Positions 58,903 through 64,000 of a DNA stretch of 64,000 bases are shown in pieces. The DNA is from Patescibacteria group bacterium (lineage in GTDB: Bacteria; Patescibacteriota; Patescibacteriia; Magasanikbacterales; GWA2-37-8), in contig JBAZUP010000001.1 of the NCBI GenBank assembly GCA_041661385.1, positions 640,907 to 704,906 on the forward strand, in the 5' to 3' direction. Numbering within the stretch: position 1 is the stretch's first letter; every line of letters begins with the position of its first letter. Made by a program: the position numbers and the translations under genes. The notes under the pieces were generated by a model, which searched no databases, was not told the DNA's origin, and saw only the letters and a program-made list of their open reading frames with translations.

Positions 58903-60011
58903 AAGGAAGAGTTCATTAGTGGATTTTGAACAGCGCGCAGTCCGAGACCGATCGCAGTAGCGTAAGATAAGCCGCGGCGTTTTTCTTCGTCGGTTATTTC
59001 ATCGGTTACTTCTTTGGGAGCAAGGTTCTTCCAGACATTTCCGGGCCGAGTGGAAATCTTAATTTTTTGGGAAAGTACGGTATCGAGATCAATAAGGTTT
59101 GAGGATCCACCGCACATGGTAATATGAGTGACCGGGTTCGCATCGCTAAAATGCTCATCGTAAAATCTCAGCGTGCCTTTTATTTCTTCCACTAGTTTTC
59201 CGAGCATCGTATCAACAATTGTGACGTAGTTCGCGTGTTCCTTGTTATATTTTACACCAGTCGCGAGTTTAAGTTTTTCAGCTTCTTCTCGTTCAATTTT
59301 TAACCCCTGGGCAATTGCAGTGGTGAACATTTCACCGGTGAAATTAAGGGTTTTACTGAACTGAATGCTTTCATGATCATAAATAATAATACAGGAACGA
59401 GCGCCGCCGATGTCGATCATTGCCCTAGCCATGCCGGTGTAGTCTTTGGTGGAAGTAATAAGCGCCCGCGCTACCGCTACCGCCTCTGCTTCGAGGGCGA
59501 GTGGTGAAAGTTCGGCAGCTTCGAGTAAGTAGGTATATGAATCGGCAATAACTTTGGGTACCGCGGCGATAAGCACATGTGAAGTGGCGTCTTCGGAATT
59601 TGGATTCAGGGTTTGCCAATCTAGGTAAGTATCTGCTAATTCGAAAGGTAAATGCTTACTCGCATGAAAACTAATTTCGTCGTACATCAAATCTTTGGAA
59701 GGGGTTGGAATGTCGATAAGTTTAAGAAAGGTTTGTGGTTCAGGAAGATTTGCTACAACCCAAGGAGTTCCAATTTTGGGGTAAGCCCCGTCTTTACCGA
59801 GTAAGTGTAAAATTTTCTTGCGTACGATTTCCGGTTGTTGAATTTCACCATTGATAATAACTCCGGTTGGTAAAGATACGCTACGCAAAGTATCCGGAAA
59901 ATAATATGCCGGCCGATTTAATGAATGGCGTTTGCGCAGTTGGACCAACTTTACGGAAGTATCTCCGATGTCTAGACCAAATGCTCCTGGAAAAGGGTTG
60001 GTAAGAAACAT
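58899..60011 (-). CDS. pilM: type IV pilus assembly protein PilM
   Basis: FGLDIGDTSVKLVQL, IDIGG, CGGSS, AIGLGLR. Confidence 0.9.
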   Translation of the reverse strand: MFLTNPFPGAFGLDIGDTSVKLVQLRKRHSLNRPAYYFPDTLRSVSLPTGVIINGEIQQPEIVRKKILHLLGKDGAYPKIGTPWVVANLPEPQTFLKLIDIPTPSKDLMYDEISFHASKHLPFELADTYLDWQTLNPNSEDATSHVLIAAVPKVIADSYTYLLEAAELSPLALEAEAVAVARALITSTKDYTGMARAMIDIGGARSCIIIYDHESIQFSKTLNFTGEMFTTAIAQGLKIEREEAEKLKLATGVKYNKEHANYVTIVDTMLGKLVEEIKGTLRFYDEHFSDANPVTHITMCGGSSNLIDLDTVLSQKIKISTRPGNVWKNLAPKEVTDEITDEEKRRGLSYATAIGLGLRAVQNPLMNSSL

Positions 60012-60015
60012 AAAT

Positions 60016-61122
60016 CTACATGCTTGAAGAAAGAGAATAAATCGGCATGATAACTGATACGGCAATGCCGGCGACACCGACACCAAGTATTAAGATAAGA
60101 ACTGGTTCGATAATAGTGGAGAAATTTCTCATTGTATTATCGACTTCTTCAGAATAATAATTTGCAAGTTCTTTAAGCATGGCTTCCACTTCACCAGATT
60201 GTTCTCCGACCATAATCATCTGTACAACCATAGGAGGAAAACGGCTTGGCGATCGTCCAAGCGCTTCACTTAATGGTTCACCTTTTTTTAACGCTTCAGA
60301 AACTGCAATAAGGTCGTCGCGATATTTTACATTGCCTTCTACTGCTGAGGTAATTTTTACCGCTTCAATAATCGGAATCGCACTTTGAAGTAAAGAGGAA
60401 AGAGTAAGGGTAAAGCGGGCGATGTTAACTTTTTTAATAACCGGTCCAAAAATCGGCAGTTTAAGCATGAGGTTATGGACGACGTCTTTTACTTTAGGTT
60501 TTTTCATGAGCCAAACACCGAGAACTATGAGCGCGATAAACCCAATCAGCATAAAGATGCCGTAGTTTTGAAATGCATTGACCACAAAAATAAGCATGCG
60601 GGTGGTAAGCGGAAGTTCGACATCCATTTCTGTAAACATGCCTAAAATTTTTGGAAGCACGAAAGTGACCATGCCGATACCGACGCCGGCCATCGCGACT
60701 AAAACTACTGCCGGATAAATAAGCGCTCCTTTAATATGAGAAGTCAGTTCGTAAGATTTTTTCATTTGACTGCTCACTTGGGTAAGTGATTCTTCCATTT
60801 TACCAGCCGCTTCACCGGCGCCAATCATGCTAACATAAATTGCCGGAAAGACCTGTGGGTAGTCGGCAAGCGCTTCACTGAGTTGGCGGCCTTTTTCAAC
60901 TTGGGCTTTTACCAAAGAAATAACTTTTTTTAATCTTTTATTTTCAACTTGTTCAGCCAAGATGCGCAAACCATCCACAATTGAAAGACCGGCTTTGACC
61001 ATAATCGAAAGATTGTGGACAAAAAGAATCTTTTGCATGATTGGAATGCGAGTAAGGTGGTCGGTGAGCCAGATTTCTAACGCACTTTGCTCTTTTGGTT
61101 TTTTCTCTCCTTTTGGTGCCAT
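60016..61122 (-). CDS. pilC: type IV pilus platform protein PilC/GspF
   Basis: AGEAAG, ALIYP, VGEQSG, IEP. Confidence 0.93.
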   Translation of the reverse strand: MAPKGEKKPKEQSALEIWLTDHLTRIPIMQKILFVHNLSIMVKAGLSIVDGLRILAEQVENKRLKKVISLVKAQVEKGRQLSEALADYPQVFPAIYVSMIGAGEAAGKMEESLTQVSSQMKKSYELTSHIKGALIYPAVVLVAMAGVGIGMVTFVLPKILGMFTEMDVELPLTTRMLIFVVNAFQNYGIFMLIGFIALIVLGVWLMKKPKVKDVVHNLMLKLPIFGPVIKKVNIARFTLTLSSLLQSAIPIIEAVKITSAVEGNVKYRDDLIAVSEALKKGEPLSEALGRSPSRFPPMVVQMIMVGEQSGEVEAMLKELANYYSEEVDNTMRNFSTIIEPVLILILGVGVAGIAVSVIMPIYSLSSSM

Positions 61123-61125
61123 ATA

Positions 61126-62853
61126 TTACTCCTTAGTGACACGTAAGACTTCACTGATTGTAGTCACGCCCATTTTGGCTTTAATAAGTCCGTCTTCAAG
61201 CATGGAAAGCATGCCTTGTTTGCGAGCCGCATCGTAGATGTCGGCGGCGGTGGCGCGTTGATTAATAAGTTTAATAATTTCCGGAGTATTTTCCAAAACT
61301 TCATAAATACCCTGGCGGCCTTTGTAGCCGGTTTCTCCACAACGACGACAACCTTCGCCCTGATAAAATACTGAGGTATCTGAAGAATTGATTTTTGCTT
61401 CAGGCGGAATGTTATTTTTAAAAAGTGTTGAAAGTTTTTCGTTGGTAAATATTTTACCAAGTTCAAGCGAGGCGGCGGTATCAAGTTTAAATTCTTTTTT
61501 GCAAAAGGTGCAAATGCGGCGCACCAGACGTTGAGCAACGATAATGTTCGCAGTATAAGCAATAAGGAAAGGCGGCACGCCCATATCGGTTAGACGAGGC
61601 AGGGTAGTCGCAGCATCATTGGTATGCAGAGTGGAAAGTACCAAGTGTCCGGTCATAGCGGCGTTAATAGCAATTTCCGCCGTCTCTTGGTCACGAATTT
61701 CACCGACCATAATAATATTTGGATCTTGACGAAGCAGGGCGCGTAAACCAAGCGCGAAAGTAAAACCAACTTTTACATTTACCTGGCTTTGGTTTACACC
61801 CGCCATACGGTATTCAATTGGATCTTCAACGGTAGAAATATTTACATTTGGCTGGTTTAGCATGCCGAGAACAGAATACAAGGTGGTAGTTTTACCGGAA
61901 CCGGTTGGGCCGGTAACCAGAATAATGCCGTGCGGTTTGAGAATATTTCTTTCCATTGCCGCGCGCGGGCCAGGCAAAAAGCCAAGACCATCGAGGGTAA
62001 GCGGTTTGGTTCCTTCATGCAGAACGCGCATAACAATTTTTTCTCCGTCGTAGACCGGTAGAAACGAAACACGAAAAGCAACTCGTTCATCCTGAATTTG
62101 AATTTTGAAACGTCCGTCTTGCGGTATCATGTGTTCGTCGAGTTTTACAACCGCCAAAATTTTGATACGAGCGACCACGCCGTTCTGTAAAGATTTCGGC
62201 AAAGTCATGATTTGTTTAAGGATGCCATCAATGCGATAACGAACTAACAATTCCTTTTCAGTTGGTTCGATGTGAATATCAGACGCGCCTTCGTAAACGG
62301 CATTTTCTAAAATACTCGAAACAACATTGATAACTGAAATAGTTTCAGCCGCTTTTTTTAAATCGCTGCCGGCGGCTTCTTCGCCGCTTTCTTGAATGAT
62401 ACGCAATTGTTCACCTTCTAGTTCAGAGTGGTAACGGCGCAATGCTTCTTTCAGGTCAGTGGGTGGAGTAATGTAAACTTTTGGTTCAAGACCGGTTTTA
62501 CGGCGTAAAAATTCGATGGTTTGAATATCGGTCGGATCGGTCATGGCCAATTTTATTTCCGACGGAGTTTTATCGAAGGCGACTACCTGATGAGTACCGG
62601 CGACTGGACCCGGGATAAGTGCTAAAACTTCTTTTTTAATTTCGCGTCCCTTTAAGCTGATGTAGGGAATATTAAGATAGTCGGATAATTTTTGATAAAG
62701 TTCTCCTTCTTCGGCAAGACCATCTGAATACAAAACCTCTTCAAAGGTCTTGTTCATTTTTATGGCTTTAGCTTCGGCCGCCCGAATTTGGGTAGGAGTA
62801 ATTTTGAGATCGTATTTTCGAAAAACTTTCTTTAGTGTTTCTACGCTAATCAT
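61126..62853 (-). CDS. pilB: type IV pilus assembly ATPase PilB/GspE
   Basis: ASDIHIEP, GPTGSGKTT, LRQDP.II.VGEIRD, tetracysteine motif. Confidence 0.95.
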   Translation of the reverse strand: MISVETLKKVFRKYDLKITPTQIRAAEAKAIKMNKTFEEVLYSDGLAEEGELYQKLSDYLNIPYISLKGREIKKEVLALIPGPVAGTHQVVAFDKTPSEIKLAMTDPTDIQTIEFLRRKTGLEPKVYITPPTDLKEALRRYHSELEGEQLRIIQESGEEAAGSDLKKAAETISVINVVSSILENAVYEGASDIHIEPTEKELLVRYRIDGILKQIMTLPKSLQNGVVARIKILAVVKLDEHMIPQDGRFKIQIQDERVAFRVSFLPVYDGEKIVMRVLHEGTKPLTLDGLGFLPGPRAAMERNILKPHGIILVTGPTGSGKTTTLYSVLGMLNQPNVNISTVEDPIEYRMAGVNQSQVNVKVGFTFALGLRALLRQDPNIIMVGEIRDQETAEIAINAAMTGHLVLSTLHTNDAATTLPRLTDMGVPPFLIAYTANIIVAQRLVRRICTFCKKEFKLDTAASLELGKIFTNEKLSTLFKNNIPPEAKINSSDTSVFYQGEGCRRCGETGYKGRQGIYEVLENTPEIIKLINQRATAADIYDAARKQGMLSMLEDGLIKAKMGVTTISEVLRVTKE

Positions 62854-63205
62854 ACCTTAATTTGAATATACGAATAGGTTGTCCAAAAAAATGGACGAGT
62901 AAAAAATACTATGGCGTTAGTATAGCATAAATTTTGGAGTGGTCATAGTGGAAAAACAACGGAGCAGGCAAACTTGACATTTTAGCAAAATATGTTAATA
63001 TAAGCGGGCTTTAAAAAGCAAAATAATTATTTTTTGGCGCCTGCTGCAGTCAAAAAATGTTTCTTAATTCATTACATTTCACGCCTTATTTTGACCCCTC
63101 GACCCGTATCTACCTTGTTGGTTCTCATCCAACCTGGTTTCGCCGGTGTCAAAATACCCATTTTATCGCTGTTTTAGCGGTGAAAGGCGCGGAAACATAT
63201 ATCTT

Positions 63206-63688
63206 ATGAGCAAAAAATACGAACTTTTGCTGGTTTTGCCGGGAACTTTTGACGACAAAGAAGTCGTTGGAAAGGCCGACGAAATAGTAAACATGGTAAA
63301 AGAGCTCGCAACTGATGTTGAGCTTAATTCTATGGGCAAAAATCGGTTAGCGTATCCGATCAAACAAATTCGCTATGGTTACTTCCACGCCATCACTTTT
63401 ACCGCTGAACCAGCGGCTTTAAAGGTTTTGGAAGACAAATTACGCTTACATCGTGAGGTTTTGCGCTTTTTGGTCAGTCATTTCAGCACAAATTTGACCG
63501 CCCAGCAAAAAATCGCCTATACTACCGATGCGAGCGGCATAACCCGCATGGTTGAGCGAGAAAACACTGTTTTCACCCCAGCGGTTACCCCAGGTTTAGC
63601 CCCTGAAGTAAAGGCTGAAAAGCTTAATATTGAAGAAATCAACAAGAAACTTGAAGATTTGATCGGCGGCGAAGTTGCCGGTGAATAA
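63206..63688 (+). CDS. rpsF: 30S ribosomal protein S6
   Basis: KKYELL, GKNRLAYPIK, VLRFLV; synteny with ssb. Confidence 0.93.
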   Translation: MSKKYELLLVLPGTFDDKEVVGKADEIVNMVKELATDVELNSMGKNRLAYPIKQIRYGYFHAITFTAEPAALKVLEDKLRLHREVLRFLVSHFSTNLTAQQKIAYTTDASGITRMVERENTVFTPAVTPGLAPEVKAEKLNIEEINKKLEDLIGGEVAGE

Positions 63689-63709
63689 TAAATTACTTAC
63701 TTTAATCAT

Positions 63710-64000
63710 ATGGACTTAAATCGCGTAATGATTATCGGACGACTAACCCGCGACCCAGAACTTCGAAGTTTACCGAGCGGTAGAAGTGTAGCCAGTTTTT
63801 CTGTTGCTACCAACCGCCAGTGGACTGACCAAGCCGGTCAAAAACAGAAGCAGGTTGAATATCATAACATTGTGGCTTGGGCCGGTCGCGCAGAAACTGC
63901 GAGTCAATATCTTCGCAAGGGTTCACAGGTATATGTCGAAGGACATTTACAGACCCGCGACTGGACTGCGCAAGACGGCACCAAGAAAAGCCGCACCGAA
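63710..64000 (+). CDS. ssb: single-stranded DNA-binding protein (partial)
   Basis: MDLNRVMIIGRLTRDPELR...YLRKGSQVYVEG.LQTR. Confidence 0.96.
   Translation, partial: MDLNRVMIIGRLTRDPELRSLPSGRSVASFSVATNRQWTDQAGQKQKQVEYHNIVAWAGRAETASQYLRKGSQVYVEGHLQTRDWTAQDGTKKSRTE

Overview
Low-GC bacterial chromosome segment using the standard code (TGA is stop) and spanning the replication origin (yidD-rnpA-rpmH / dnaA-dnaN, with DnaA-box clusters). The gene content and AT-rich, mostly SD-less starts suggest a Patescibacteria/CPR (Parcubacteria-like) genome; this is an inference. Housekeeping genes include polA, holA, ddl, tig, nfo, nrdAB, hppA, rmuC, ychF, rpsT, rpsF, ssb and a pilB-pilC-pilMNO block, plus seven tRNAs. 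Two surface-structure loci are present: a SipW signal peptidase with TasA/camelysin-like substrates behind a long structured leader, and a 2294-aa modular adhesin with a WxL/DUF916-like cluster. The most striking unexplained signal is a family of four ~120-135-nt structured elements lying just downstream of tRNA-Ser(UGA), Ser(CGA), Cys and Ala(UGC). Each has a conserved core (hairpin, TG-GAGGA linker, GAAAACCCGAA(C)GGTTTTC-type hairpin) enclosed by an antisense and a sense copy of its own neighbouring tRNA's T-arm/3' end. Also found: a classical aromatic-codon leader-peptide attenuator in front of an orphan gene, an unassigned ~175-nt structured RNA candidate, variant parS sites, and a frameshifted sigma-70/wHTH gene.
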